DNA from: Nitrososphaerota archaeon
GTDB taxonomy: Archaea > Thermoproteota > EX4484-205 > JAAOZP01
DNA length: 64,000 bases
Assembly: GCA_011605725.1 (NCBI GenBank)
Contig: JAAOZP010000012.1
Location: 192,001-256,000, forward strand
Reading direction: 5' to 3'
The position numbers and the translations under genes were made by a program. Below the pieces are notes generated by a model that saw only the letters and a list, made by a program, of their open reading frames with translations, ran no database searches and had not been told where the DNA came from. This document shows positions 27,117 to 36,530 of the stretch, in pieces; positions within the stretch are counted from its first letter, which is position 1; each line of letters opens with the position of its first letter.

Positions 27117-27574
27117 AGATACTGTTAGATACGACGTATCTTCTACCAGCGATAGGCATCTCTCTTAAGGATTTTCCAAGAGACGTTTTAATTATGTTAA
27201 GGCGTAAAGGAAATCAGGTCTTTATAAGTGACATAAGTATCTTTGAGCTTTCAGCCAAAGGTGCTAAATACGTTAGTGCAAAGAAACTCTCTGCTGAAAG
27301 GGTGATTGAGGGCATAAGAGCCATAGTCTTCGATGAAAACATAGTTAAGATACCCATTCATGAAAGCAGGATTCTGCTCACGGCCTTAAGGATTAGGGAT
27401 TGGCTCAGTGACTTTATAGACTGTCTTATAATCTCATCAGCCCTAAATCAATGCGATGCCTTGATAAGTGAGGATACCGATATTCAAAGCCTAGAAGGAA
27501 ACAGAGCGTTTCACGAATTGTTAGAAATGATAAATCCTAAATTTGAGATCCGTACACTAGCTGAAATCACTTAA
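27113..27574 (+). CDS. PIN-domain toxin (VapC-like)
   Basis: 'ILLDTTYL', 'ISIFEL', 'DFIDCLI', 'LISED'. Confidence 0.88.
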   Translation: MKILLDTTYLLPAIGISLKDFPRDVLIMLRRKGNQVFISDISIFELSAKGAKYVSAKKLSAERVIEGIRAIVFDENIVKIPIHESRILLTALRIRDWLSDFIDCLIISSALNQCDALISEDTDIQSLEGNRAFHELLEMINPKFEIRTLAEIT

Positions 27575-27799
27575 ATCATGTTGAAGCTCTTTTATTGTTA
27601 TTGTATTTAGTGCACCGAGCGATCCTGCAACCTTCGTCTCTCTCCAGCTTCTAAATTCCACCAGCTCTCTCACGAAAAAGCCCTAGTATAAGTCAGCTCG
27701 GCCGATATTTGCCGCGCCCCTGGAAGCTGGACTTCGTTGTGCAGAAGAAGAAAATAACCTAATTTTCCATATTTTTCTCAGCTACCGGTAGGTTTCGCC

Positions 27800-28330
27800 T
27801 TATCCAGTGTATAAATCCGGGTGGAGCTTTCTTGCCATAGCGTATAGAAGAGTGTGTTCCCATGATTCTTGCCTATTTGTAAGCTCATTCGTCAATACTC
27901 CTACGGCCCCCATCTTTCTTTTGGTTCCACTTATGCCAGTAATTTCATCAATCACATCCCCCAGCTCCTTTCCACTCAGAACCTTTTTCACGACGACGTC
28001 TGGCAGCTCAATACCACCGCCACACCCAAGTGCCACTTCGCCTTCCACACCGGCAACAGCACACCAGCCGGTTAGAAAATATCTGCCAGCCCTTCTGGCA
28101 ACTCCGCCCTCGAGACCAACGCCAAGATCGGCTTCAGCTTTTACGATGGCCTCCTTGGCTCGGTATATCGCTCCCTCGGCACACTCCTCGTCCGTTAAAG
28201 GCGTGTGCGAAACCTTTGACGCGACATCCACTGGAATGATCTCGACGTCGCCGTATATTCTTCTCATAATGTTTTCTGTTGCTTTTATTTTAACAGGATT
28301 TGTTGAGCCTACTGCAACTTTTATTACCAT
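27800..28330 (-). CDS. yjjX: Inosine/xanthosine triphosphatase (non-canonical purine NTPase)
   Basis: 'VGSTNPVKI.A', 'GA..RA', 'GVGLEGG', 'ELGDV', 'GAVGVLT...R'. Confidence 0.9.
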   Translation of the reverse strand: MVIKVAVGSTNPVKIKATENIMRRIYGDVEIIPVDVASKVSHTPLTDEECAEGAIYRAKEAIVKAEADLGVGLEGGVARRAGRYFLTGWCAVAGVEGEVALGCGGGIELPDVVVKKVLSGKELGDVIDEITGISGTKRKMGAVGVLTNELTNRQESWEHTLLYAMARKLHPDLYTG

Positions 28331-28510
28331 CGGGCATGATTCCTGAAACAGTTTTAAAAGGCTTACGATTTAAGGAAAACTACATCGCATCATTAGTTAT
28401 TTCTAAGTTTCTCCGCCATCTCTTTCTCTTTTGACTTGAAAACTGCCTTGGCTCTGGAAGGCTTTACGGAAGCGCGCTATGGATGGAACCAGATAGGTTA
28501 ATGTATCACG

Positions 28511-28673
28511 CTAGCCTTCAGGAAAAACATCCTTTGGAGGATTTACAACCGGTTGTATGACCATCTTCTTACCTTTTAACATCTCAATCTTTATCACCCG
28601 GCTTAAGACCATTCTTCTATATGCCTTTAGGGAAAACCATCTGTCCTTTCGTAGATACTTTTACTTCAGCAGT
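28511..28673 (-). pseudogene. Degraded AbrB/MazE-family antitoxin gene
   Basis: Hand translation gives 'TAEVKVSTKGQMVFPKGI*KNGLKPGDK', then a frameshift to 'IEMLKGKKMVIQPVVNPPKDVF'; not in the ORF track. Confidence 0.7.
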
Positions 28674-28713
28674 GCACTAAAGGTTAAATTTTAGGGTAGT
28701 TTACATACTACCG

Positions 28714-29310
28714 TTGGCTAGAGGACAAAGGCTCAGGACTCCTCTCGAAAAAGAGGAGGTTGCTCGGCTTAAGGCTGGGGACATCATATACGTAAGCGGA
28801 GAAGTGTTTACTAGCAGGGATAGGACTCAGAAGTTGATACTGGAGAACCGGGATAAGTTGCCTTTTTCCCCTAAAGGCCTGTTAGAGTTCCACGCTGGCC
28901 CGATAGTTAGGAGAGAAGGTTCAGAATGGAAGGTTGTTTCAATCGGTCCCACTACAAGCTTCAGGATGGAGAACAGTGAATATGGTTTCATTAAAGAGAC
29001 GGGGATTGCAGGCGTCATTGGAAAAGGCGGCATGGGAAGTAAAACCAGAGAAGCATGCAGGGAGTTTAAAGCCTTTTACGGAGTTCTTCCAGGTGGAGCT
29101 GCAGCTCTGATAGCCAAAAGCGTTAAACGCATAATTGGAGTTTACTGGCTTGAAGAGCTTAGTGTTCCCGAGGCCATGTGGCATCTCGAAGTCGAGAACC
29201 TTGGGCCGATAACAGTTGTTATTGATTCTTTCGGAAATGACTTATACGAAGACCTAAGAAAAAGGATTGACGAAAACCTTTCAAGAACTTTGAAAAGCTT
29301 GGGGGAATAG
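28714..29310 (+). CDS. Fe-S hydro-lyase (class I fumarase / L-tartrate dehydratase) beta subunit
   Basis: 'LKAGD...SG...T.RD', 'HAGP', 'GPTTS.RM', 'IGKGG', 'PEAMW'. Confidence 0.9.
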   Translation: MARGQRLRTPLEKEEVARLKAGDIIYVSGEVFTSRDRTQKLILENRDKLPFSPKGLLEFHAGPIVRREGSEWKVVSIGPTTSFRMENSEYGFIKETGIAGVIGKGGMGSKTREACREFKAFYGVLPGGAAALIAKSVKRIIGVYWLEELSVPEAMWHLEVENLGPITVVIDSFGNDLYEDLRKRIDENLSRTLKSLGE

Positions 29311-29314
29311 AGCT

Positions 29315-30187
29315 ATGGAAGGCGGAGACCTTAAAGACCATATTGTTGAAGCAATAAGACTCTGCGAAACATCTCTTCCAATCGACGTGAAGAACCGTTT
29401 GAAAAAAACATACGAGAATGAGGATAGAGAGGTTCCGAAGAAAATACTGGGTGCTCTGTTGAAAAATGTTGAAATTGCTGAAAAGGAGGGTAGACCGATA
29501 TGTCAAGATACGGGCATATTAACCTTCTACGTTAAGAGAGGCGAATGGAAGGAGAATGAGCTACATAGAATCATCGTTGAAGCAGTTAAAGAAGCCAGTA
29601 GTAAAATACCGTTAAGGCCGAACGCCATAGACTTCCCGTCTAAGAAGAACTCTGGAAACAATACCGGAAGATTCATTCCATGGATTGTCTGGGAGCCAGG
29701 TGGAGAACATTTGGAAATAACCATAATAGCTAAGGGCGGTGGCTCTGAGGCTGTTTCAAGCCTAAGAGTTTTACCGGCTACTGTTGAGGAAAAAGAGATT
29801 TTCCGAGCGGTGCTTGAAAGCGTTGCTCAAGCCGGGGCAAGACCATGTCCTCCGATTATTCTCGGAGTCGGAATCGGGCCTTCTTCGGAAATAGCTCTTG
29901 AACTGGCTAAGAAAGCTGTTTATCTGCGGCCTCTGGGAGAAAGGCATGAGGACAGTGTTATCGCAAGAATAGAGGAAGAACTCTTAAGAATGGTTAACCG
30001 TCTTGATATAGGTGTCCACGGCTTCGGAGGCTTAACGGCGATGGATGTTCATTTGGAGTATGCGTCCATTCATCCTTCATCCATGGTTGTTGGAGTCGTT
30101 GCAAGCTGCTGGGCATTGAGGAAAGCCACGCTGAAGGAATGCGGCGGTATTGTGAAGATTACAAGCCACAAGATGTATCTAACATGA
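29315..30187 (+). CDS. Fe-S hydro-lyase (class I fumarase / L-tartrate dehydratase) alpha subunit
   Basis: 'PICQDTG', 'LRPN', 'KGGGSE', 'CPP...GVGIG', 'SCWALR'. Confidence 0.9.
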   Translation: MEGGDLKDHIVEAIRLCETSLPIDVKNRLKKTYENEDREVPKKILGALLKNVEIAEKEGRPICQDTGILTFYVKRGEWKENELHRIIVEAVKEASSKIPLRPNAIDFPSKKNSGNNTGRFIPWIVWEPGGEHLEITIIAKGGGSEAVSSLRVLPATVEEKEIFRAVLESVAQAGARPCPPIILGVGIGPSSEIALELAKKAVYLRPLGERHEDSVIARIEEELLRMVNRLDIGVHGFGGLTAMDVHLEYASIHPSSMVVGVVASCWALRKATLKECGGIVKITSHKMYLT

Positions 30188-30253
30188 TTATTATCTGAAG
30201 CGAACATTACTAGCGAAACGCTTTTATGCAAGATGTGGAAATCAGTTTGGAAT

Positions 30254-31156
30254 TCAGGTTTCAGATATTATCTTCCTGACGAATTCCACGTCTTTTTTCA
30301 AAACCGCTTTTCTTTCTTCCCCAACATATTTCCCCAGAGACTCGTCTTCAATCGTTAAATCACCAGCATACCCTGCTTTTCTTAAAACCTGAACTACTCT
30401 TTTCAAGTCGACATCTCCCTCGTAAAGAGGTACTCCGACCTGAGGATAATCTTCCCCGGGACGCCTCTGCTTCTCCCTTTTAGCTTCAGGATACTTCAGA
30501 TTTTTAAGGTGAGTATGTTTAACTAGCTTCGCATATTTTTCTATGAGCTCATGAACCTTGCTCAACGGATAACCATACCAATAGAAGTTTCCAGTATCCA
30601 GCGTTATGCCTACTCTTTCATCATCTATCTCTTTAAACGCGTAGTCTAAAAACCGCTCATCGTTGCTAACATAGCCATGGTTTTCAACAGCATAAGCTAC
30701 CCTACTACCCTCTGTTTCCTTTAAGAGGCGTTTCATTATTTCAACAAAATGCTTAGCATACTCTTCAACAGGTTTCTCTTCTCTTATTTGCATATGCGAG
30801 TTTATTCTTATGATTTCAACCCCGATTTCATCCGCAAGCTGCGTCGCCTTTCTAATGTAATCCAACTCCTCTTCAAGATTTTCGTTTGAAAAATCGTTCT
30901 CCAGCAATATTGTGCATGGTTTTAAACCTGTTTTTTTAGAAAAATCTAGAAATTGTCTTCTCTCATCAGCGTCTCTCAGGTTAAAACCTAGCTTAATTAC
31001 ATGATCCATATCTTCATACGTATTTTGAGTCAATGTTTTGTTGACATACATTTCATATCTGTCTAAACCTAAATCCTTCAGACCCTTAACCAGATCCTCA
31101 TAACCGACCCATATTACCGTGAAATCCCTAACCGCGACGTACATTTTTGGCTTCAC
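30254..31156 (-). CDS. Sugar phosphate isomerase/epimerase (xylose-isomerase-like TIM barrel)
   Basis: 'AVENHG', 'LDTGNFYWYG', 'HTHLK', 'GDVD', 'TIEDE'. Confidence 0.85.
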   Translation of the reverse strand: MKPKMYVAVRDFTVIWVGYEDLVKGLKDLGLDRYEMYVNKTLTQNTYEDMDHVIKLGFNLRDADERRQFLDFSKKTGLKPCTILLENDFSNENLEEELDYIRKATQLADEIGVEIIRINSHMQIREEKPVEEYAKHFVEIMKRLLKETEGSRVAYAVENHGYVSNDERFLDYAFKEIDDERVGITLDTGNFYWYGYPLSKVHELIEKYAKLVKHTHLKNLKYPEAKREKQRRPGEDYPQVGVPLYEGDVDLKRVVQVLRKAGYAGDLTIEDESLGKYVGEERKAVLKKDVEFVRKIISET

Positions 31157-31189
31157 TGGTAGAAAGCATTTTACAAGGATTATCGCGCA

Positions 31190-31708
31190 CTAGTTTTTTG
31201 ATTTAAACCCATATTTTTCCCAATGCGTCACTTCTTCAAGCGGTCTTCTGTTTCTACTGGGCTTCTCATCAGGATAGCCGACTGAAACAGTGCATAGGAC
31301 TCTAAGCCCCTCAGGTATTCCAAGTAGCTTCTTTATAGGTTCTTCAAAGGGAGTATTCAGCACACCCATCCAGCATGTCCCAAGCCCCATAGAATGGGCT
31401 GCAAGAAGGAAGTTTTGCACGGAAACCGCAACATCCCCATGGTACCAGTTGCTGCTCCTCCCGGGGTCAGCTATGAAAACCACTACGACAGGACTGTCAG
31501 CCATGAATCTCCCGTACCTATGTATTTCTGCAAGCTTCCTCCTGGTTTCTGGATTCTTCACCACTAGGAACTCCCATGGCTGGGAGTTGTTAGCCGATGG
31601 AGCCCATCTGGCTGCTTCAAGACACTCGATTATCTTCTCATCCTCCACCGGCGTCGACTTATACTTTCTAATGCTCCGCCTTGTTTTAATCGCTTCCATC
31701 ACGTCCAT
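31190..31708 (-). CDS. Nitroreductase family protein
   Basis: 'RRSIRKY', 'APSANNSQPWEF', 'LAAHSMGLGTCW', 'VGYP'. Confidence 0.92.
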   Translation of the reverse strand: MDVMEAIKTRRSIRKYKSTPVEDEKIIECLEAARWAPSANNSQPWEFLVVKNPETRRKLAEIHRYGRFMADSPVVVVFIADPGRSSNWYHGDVAVSVQNFLLAAHSMGLGTCWMGVLNTPFEEPIKKLLGIPEGLRVLCTVSVGYPDEKPSRNRRPLEEVTHWEKYGFKSKN

Positions 31709-31838
31709 CTTTAAACACCTAGGAAGATTTCACGAAACATCTTAATATGTTTTACTGTAATCGATAGGAATCATTATAACGTCAGAATCACAGTAATGAG
31801 GGGAAAACAGTAAACTAGATTTGTAAACCAGAAAGTTT

Positions 31839-33056
31839 TTAAGACCCACCCGCTTCGGCCTCGAAGACCCAGCCATCAAGGTTTCTACAAATCAGCGTAA
31901 GTATTCGCATAGACTCCTCCGGTTTCATGGCGAGAAAAAGCGCGGCAACGTGCTTGCAAAACTGTTTTTGACCAATTCTTTTAACCCAGTCCTCACAGTA
32001 ATGCTTCAGCCTCCTTTCAGAAAGACTTATCGCAACAGTATACTCCTTGATCCTGGCTTTAACATTCTCTTCTCCAGCCTCCTCGATAATCACTCTCCCA
32101 ATCAGTTCCCTAGCCCTCTCCAGCCTACCGCCCTCCAAGAAGGCCGAGACCAGTTTCTCAACATCCTTCCCACCGGAAGAAAGAGCTGCTTCAACCCTGC
32201 TAACCGTCCTCCTTAAGCCCTCTTCTCTGAAGTAGCTGAGAATCTTGTTCAAAGCCTCTTCCTGAGGCTTCTCAGCAACCCCAATGATCTTCATCATTTG
32301 AAGCGCGTTCTTTACCGCATAGCCTCTGAAATGGTTGTTAAAGTACACGTAAACCTTCTTAGCCCTGGAGGAAAGCTCCGTCAGCCTCCCCTTCCACTCC
32401 TCAAGCTCCTCAACCCTGTAATCGTAATAGTACCATGGTTCTTTCCCCCTACCGTGAAACCTTACGTAGGAGAATTCGCTGGTAACTTTCAATAATGCAG
32501 GTAGAAGAGGCTCGTCGACAACACAGTACCCCACGTTATTCTCAGCAAGGGTTTTGAAAGCCTCGTCATTCATCCAAGTCGGATGCCTGAATTCAACAGC
32601 AAAATCATAATCTTCAGGAAGACTTCTTAAGAATTCGTTGAAGCCTTTGAATGCTTGGGCAGGCTTTGGTGGAAGCTGGAGAAGCAGAGGTCCAAGCTTC
32701 CCACTTTCCTTGAGAGGAGTAAGTAAGCTTAAGAAGAGTTTTAAATCTCTCACAGCACCTTTTTCCAGATCCATTAGTTTCACATGGGTTACTGTTTTAG
32801 GAACTTTAAGGGAGAACGTGAAGCCTTTAGGCGAGGATCTTGCGAGAGCACGTATCAAGCCCGGATTAGGCTGTTTATAGAAGGAGGAATCTACTTCAAC
32901 CGTTTTAAAAACACTCGCATACTGCTGAAACATCTTCTCACTACTCGTGTAGAACACGTTAAGCCAATCCTTATAGCTCCAGCCTGAAGTCCCTATAACG
33001 ACGTTGTTCAAACCCCTTAAACAACTTATCCACAAGTGATAAACTTTTAGTAGCAC
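31839..33056 (-). CDS. DUF72 (YecE-like TIM barrel) protein with C-terminal SWIM-type Zn finger
   Basis: 'IGTSGWSYKDW', 'VEVDSSFY', 'LLQLPP', 'VEFRH..W', 'YVRFHGR', 'YFNNH'; C-terminal 'HYCEDW...FCKHV'; likely start is the TTG at 33011. Confidence 0.85.
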   Translation of the reverse strand: MLLKVYHLWISCLRGLNNVVIGTSGWSYKDWLNVFYTSSEKMFQQYASVFKTVEVDSSFYKQPNPGLIRALARSSPKGFTFSLKVPKTVTHVKLMDLEKGAVRDLKLFLSLLTPLKESGKLGPLLLQLPPKPAQAFKGFNEFLRSLPEDYDFAVEFRHPTWMNDEAFKTLAENNVGYCVVDEPLLPALLKVTSEFSYVRFHGRGKEPWYYYDYRVEELEEWKGRLTELSSRAKKVYVYFNNHFRGYAVKNALQMMKIIGVAEKPQEEALNKILSYFREEGLRRTVSRVEAALSSGGKDVEKLVSAFLEGGRLERARELIGRVIIEEAGEENVKARIKEYTVAISLSERRLKHYCEDWVKRIGQKQFCKHVAALFLAMKPEESMRILTLICRNLDGWVFEAEAGGS

Positions 33057-33412
33057 GAGTTATAATGCTTATAAGCAAGACGGGAGAATCAGGGAAAATG
33101 TCCGGGTTTACTCTAGAGCTACAGGATTCCCTAATTCTTTTCTTCACACTTATAGGGTTCCTGCAACTATACTATCTCTCCTGCTACCTTTAAGCAGCGC
33201 GTGCTTTTACCATCTATTATCCTTTCGGCTTTATTGTCCACACGTCCTACTACGTAGCTGAGCTCCTTACACTTTGTCTTTACGTAGTACGAAACTAATA
33301 ATCATAAATGCTATATTTAATCAGTTGTACGCTTCTAGAAGAGGAAGAAGCATTTAACAGCTCTTAGAGAAAAAGTTATAAGCGTACAACTGATTAAAGA
33401 AACGGGTTAGGA

Positions 33413-34189
33413 TTGCTTTGGGAGTGTTTAACAAGCCCCGATATAAAGGAAGCAGCTGAGAAAAAACTTGTTGCAATTCTTCCAGTAGGCTCGATTGAAA
33501 TACATGGGCCTCACATGCCGACAGGAACAGACTCCATAACTATCCGCGAGATAACTAGGATGGCTGCTGAAAAAGAGCCGGCAGTAGTGCTGCCAACACT
33601 CTACTATGCTTATGTTCCTGAAAACCGACATTTCCCTGGAACAATATCGCTAAGCGCGAGGACAATACTCACTATTCTCGAGGAAATATGCGACGAGGTT
33701 GCGAGAAACGGTTTTAAAAAAATACTTATCGTAAACGGTCATGGGGGAAACAATAATCTTCTAAGGGTTTTCCTGAGGGAAAGCCTGCATAGGAAGAAGG
33801 ACTATGTTATTTACGCGTTGATCGAGCCATGGTCTTCGATAGAGGAGATTGCTGAGAAAATATGTGAAAGCAAGGTAACTGGTCATGCTTGCGAGCGTGA
33901 GACCAGCATGGGGTTATACTTGTTTGAAAACCTGATTAAGATGGAGAATGTTAAGCAGGAGGCGAAGACAGGGGGGACGAACCTCCCCGGCGTCGAAACA
34001 CCTGTCGACTGGCAGGCTTACGCGGTCCAGCTCTATCTCGGCGACCCAAGGCTGGCGACGAGGGAGAAGGGTAAAACATTGGTTGAGGGGATTGTTGATT
34101 TCGTAGCGGAAGCGATAAGAAGAATTAAACAGGATGAGAAGGTTCCGTTAATACTTGACGATTTCTACCGGAAGGCTTACGGACAGTAG
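33413..34189 (+). CDS. Creatininase / creatinine amidohydrolase family protein
   Basis: 'PVGSIEIHGPHMPTGTD', 'HFPGT', 'NGHGGN', 'HACERETS', 'ATREKG'. Confidence 0.9.
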   Translation: MLWECLTSPDIKEAAEKKLVAILPVGSIEIHGPHMPTGTDSITIREITRMAAEKEPAVVLPTLYYAYVPENRHFPGTISLSARTILTILEEICDEVARNGFKKILIVNGHGGNNNLLRVFLRESLHRKKDYVIYALIEPWSSIEEIAEKICESKVTGHACERETSMGLYLFENLIKMENVKQEAKTGGTNLPGVETPVDWQAYAVQLYLGDPRLATREKGKTLVEGIVDFVAEAIRRIKQDEKVPLILDDFYRKAYGQ

Positions 34190-34214
34190 GGAATACCGAT
34201 TTAAAACTGGCTTG

Positions 34215-35336
34215 CTAGAACCAGTCTGAGTGCCAGATGTGAGGATTTCCTGCTGGAAACAATATTTCCAGTGCTTTTTCAACCCTTCCCTCATGCTTCA
34301 CAGTCTGATCTATCAGAGCGTTTCCAGGATGCCTGTATCCGAGGATAAGCTGCATTAATACCCATTGTGGGAGCTCAATCCAGTTCTCCGACAGGGCTTC
34401 TGAAAAAGAAACCCCGGAGTCGGAAACCTCAAGCGTGATTAAGCCTATGTCTGTCTTGAAAGAAATATGTGAGGGCAGTTCTCTAACACAAGCATTCCTC
34501 AAGCGGTCTTCAAACACGGGGGCGAGCTTTTCAAATGTCGATTTGAGATTAATGATTCTCCCCATGCCGTCGGAAGCATAGGGATAGTCAATGCTGATAG
34601 TGCAGCCGAGGCTTTTACAAAGCTCTGTGAAAGGATGGTCGAACGGGGCGTATACTTCAAGCTCAGCAGCCTTCTTCTGAAGAGCAGTATCGTACGCGAA
34701 CCGGAGCACATGCTCGTATAGAGCAACGTCTACAGCACCAACCTCAGTTATCCTCATTACCCTCGGCCACCGGTCAGCAGCGCAGTAGGCAACTATTCTG
34801 CCATACTCGTCTTCGAAGACTGTTCCGTCAGCAGGTATTCCCCACCAGCTTCCCTTTCTAAACCTAAACCATTCCCCCCTATACCTTTTTAAAGGACCCG
34901 TCCTACGCTCATTCGTAAACTCGTAGATTTCCAAGACTGCGGAAGCGTCCTCCTTCACCATAGGGCGGGCGTTAAGCCCGGGCCTAGCCCTCTCAGCATT
35001 TCTAAGAGGCATTGTTATCTTGCAATTGGGAAGCGTCGAAGCATAGCCCCACCTAAAATAGTAATCAGGTATGCCGAAGAGCATTGATACATCATAGCCG
35101 TTTCTAATCATGTATTCGATCGAAAACTCCATAACCTTTCTCGAATACCCCTTCATCCTGTGCTCCTCGAGTGTCCCAACCCCGCCGATCCCTCCAGTTT
35201 TCAAGAATACTTTCCCAACCTTTACTTCAAGATCGTTAATGGTGAGCCAGCTAACCGGCGATCCTCCCAGCTCATCTAGAAGAAGCTCAACCTTATGCGT
35301 CCTCGCCGAGTCGGTAACCCTTATCTCGCTTCCCAT
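34215..35336 (-). CDS. Eis-like tandem GNAT acetyltransferase
   Basis: 'GGIGGVGT..EHRMKGYS', 'LFGIPDYYFRWGY', SCP2-like C-terminus. Confidence 0.82.
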   Translation of the reverse strand: MGSEIRVTDSARTHKVELLLDELGGSPVSWLTINDLEVKVGKVFLKTGGIGGVGTLEEHRMKGYSRKVMEFSIEYMIRNGYDVSMLFGIPDYYFRWGYASTLPNCKITMPLRNAERARPGLNARPMVKEDASAVLEIYEFTNERRTGPLKRYRGEWFRFRKGSWWGIPADGTVFEDEYGRIVAYCAADRWPRVMRITEVGAVDVALYEHVLRFAYDTALQKKAAELEVYAPFDHPFTELCKSLGCTISIDYPYASDGMGRIINLKSTFEKLAPVFEDRLRNACVRELPSHISFKTDIGLITLEVSDSGVSFSEALSENWIELPQWVLMQLILGYRHPGNALIDQTVKHEGRVEKALEILFPAGNPHIWHSDWF

Positions 35337-35379
35337 GAAGCCCCTCTAGACACGAACTCTTAAAAAACTTAGCCCTCAA

Positions 35380-36378
35380 TCACTTAGACTCAATATAGTA
35401 TAGATCCTGCCTCGGATCCCTTATTAAGGGTCTTTTCTTGACGAAATTGTTTCCGACAAGTATCGCGAGAGCATGGCGTACAGTCCTAGCAGGGAGCATC
35501 GTCTTCTTAACAATGTCTTTCTGAGTTAAAGCCCCCTCGTATTCAAGAACCTTCAAAATAAGTTTTGCACTCGGAGGCAGACTGCTTACGTCGAGAGACA
35601 TGCGAGCCTTCTTCTCAAGCCTCCTTGCGAGAAGCGCTTCGCTAAGCCTTACGAAGCCTATGTCCTCACCTTTTTTAATAATAACCTTCTCAGTCACCCT
35701 CATTCTGTATCCACCGTCAACGATGACTTCGCAAGCCGAGTTGCTGACTATGTCCCGGATCTCTATAAGGCTTTCAAGAGGAGTTACTAATGGCCTTCTA
35801 GTAAGATTTAAAGAGTTAACTGGAACTATGCTTACAACCCTGGCCTGCGGATGAATTATCGGCCCCCCTGTTGAAAGAGCATAAGCTGTTGAACCTATGG
35901 GTGTGGAAACTATCAGGCCGTCGCCTATGTCCCTCCAGACGAACTCGCCGTCAACGTAAAGACTGTATTCAAGAATCGTGGCGCTTTTCCGCGGGAAGAT
36001 TGCAAGCTCGTTAAGTGCACACGGTGTTTCAGCATCATCCACCATAGCCTTAAGCCTCGAAGAATACTCCACACTATATTCTCTTCTCAGAAAAGCCCTT
36101 AAAGCTTCGCCGAGCCTATCTAGCGTCGTCTCCATCAGGAAACTATTATTCTCAGTCTTGCTGACCCCTAGGATGAGGACATCCCTAGATTTAACATGAT
36201 GCAACGCTTTCAAAACATCCTTATCCTCACCCAAGATGAGAAGGAGGCCCTCGTTAAGCTTCTCAAGTTCTTCAAGACGTTTGACTCGCGTAACCTCCAC
36301 CCCGACGCGATTGACTGTTCTCAAGCATTCCTTTAGAAGACCACGCTCGAACCTTGCTGGAGCTAGCACTATGTTCAA
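35380..36378 (-). CDS. NAD-kinase-fold protein (degenerate GGDG) fused to a C-terminal winged HTH
   Basis: 'ALNE', 'GDGLIVSTPIGSTAYALSTGGP', 'VDG'; the GGDG position reads 'LGEDKD'; HTH 'LPPSAKLILKVLEYEGALTQKDIVKKTMLPARTVRHAL...DPRQ.LY'. Confidence 0.85.
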   Translation of the reverse strand: MNIVLAPARFERGLLKECLRTVNRVGVEVTRVKRLEELEKLNEGLLLILGEDKDVLKALHHVKSRDVLILGVSKTENNSFLMETTLDRLGEALRAFLRREYSVEYSSRLKAMVDDAETPCALNELAIFPRKSATILEYSLYVDGEFVWRDIGDGLIVSTPIGSTAYALSTGGPIIHPQARVVSIVPVNSLNLTRRPLVTPLESLIEIRDIVSNSACEVIVDGGYRMRVTEKVIIKKGEDIGFVRLSEALLARRLEKKARMSLDVSSLPPSAKLILKVLEYEGALTQKDIVKKTMLPARTVRHALAILVGNNFVKKRPLIRDPRQDLYYIESK

Positions 36379-36470
36379 CTGGTTTCACCAGTGTATTAGA
36401 AGGACTATTTATTGTTTTCAACGGTTTAAAAACATGTGGTCCTATTTTTGCCTTTAAACGAAATATTCAT

Positions 36471-36481
36471 GCAATTATTGC
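36471..36481. promoter_or_regulatory. Candidate operator palindrome GCAAT-T-ATTGC upstream of the nadA TATA box (TTAAATA, 36496-36502)
   Basis: Palindrome read directly in the divergent intergenic region; function inferred. Confidence 0.35.
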
Positions 36482-36530
36482 CTAAACAGAACCACTTAAA
36501 TAAGGGAGTTTAAGGCTTCAAGGGAAGCTG

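Noticed and set aside
35380-36378. Calling this gene plain nadK/ppnK
   Set aside because: The GGDG signature is degenerate and an HTH is fused, so kinase function cannot be assumed.
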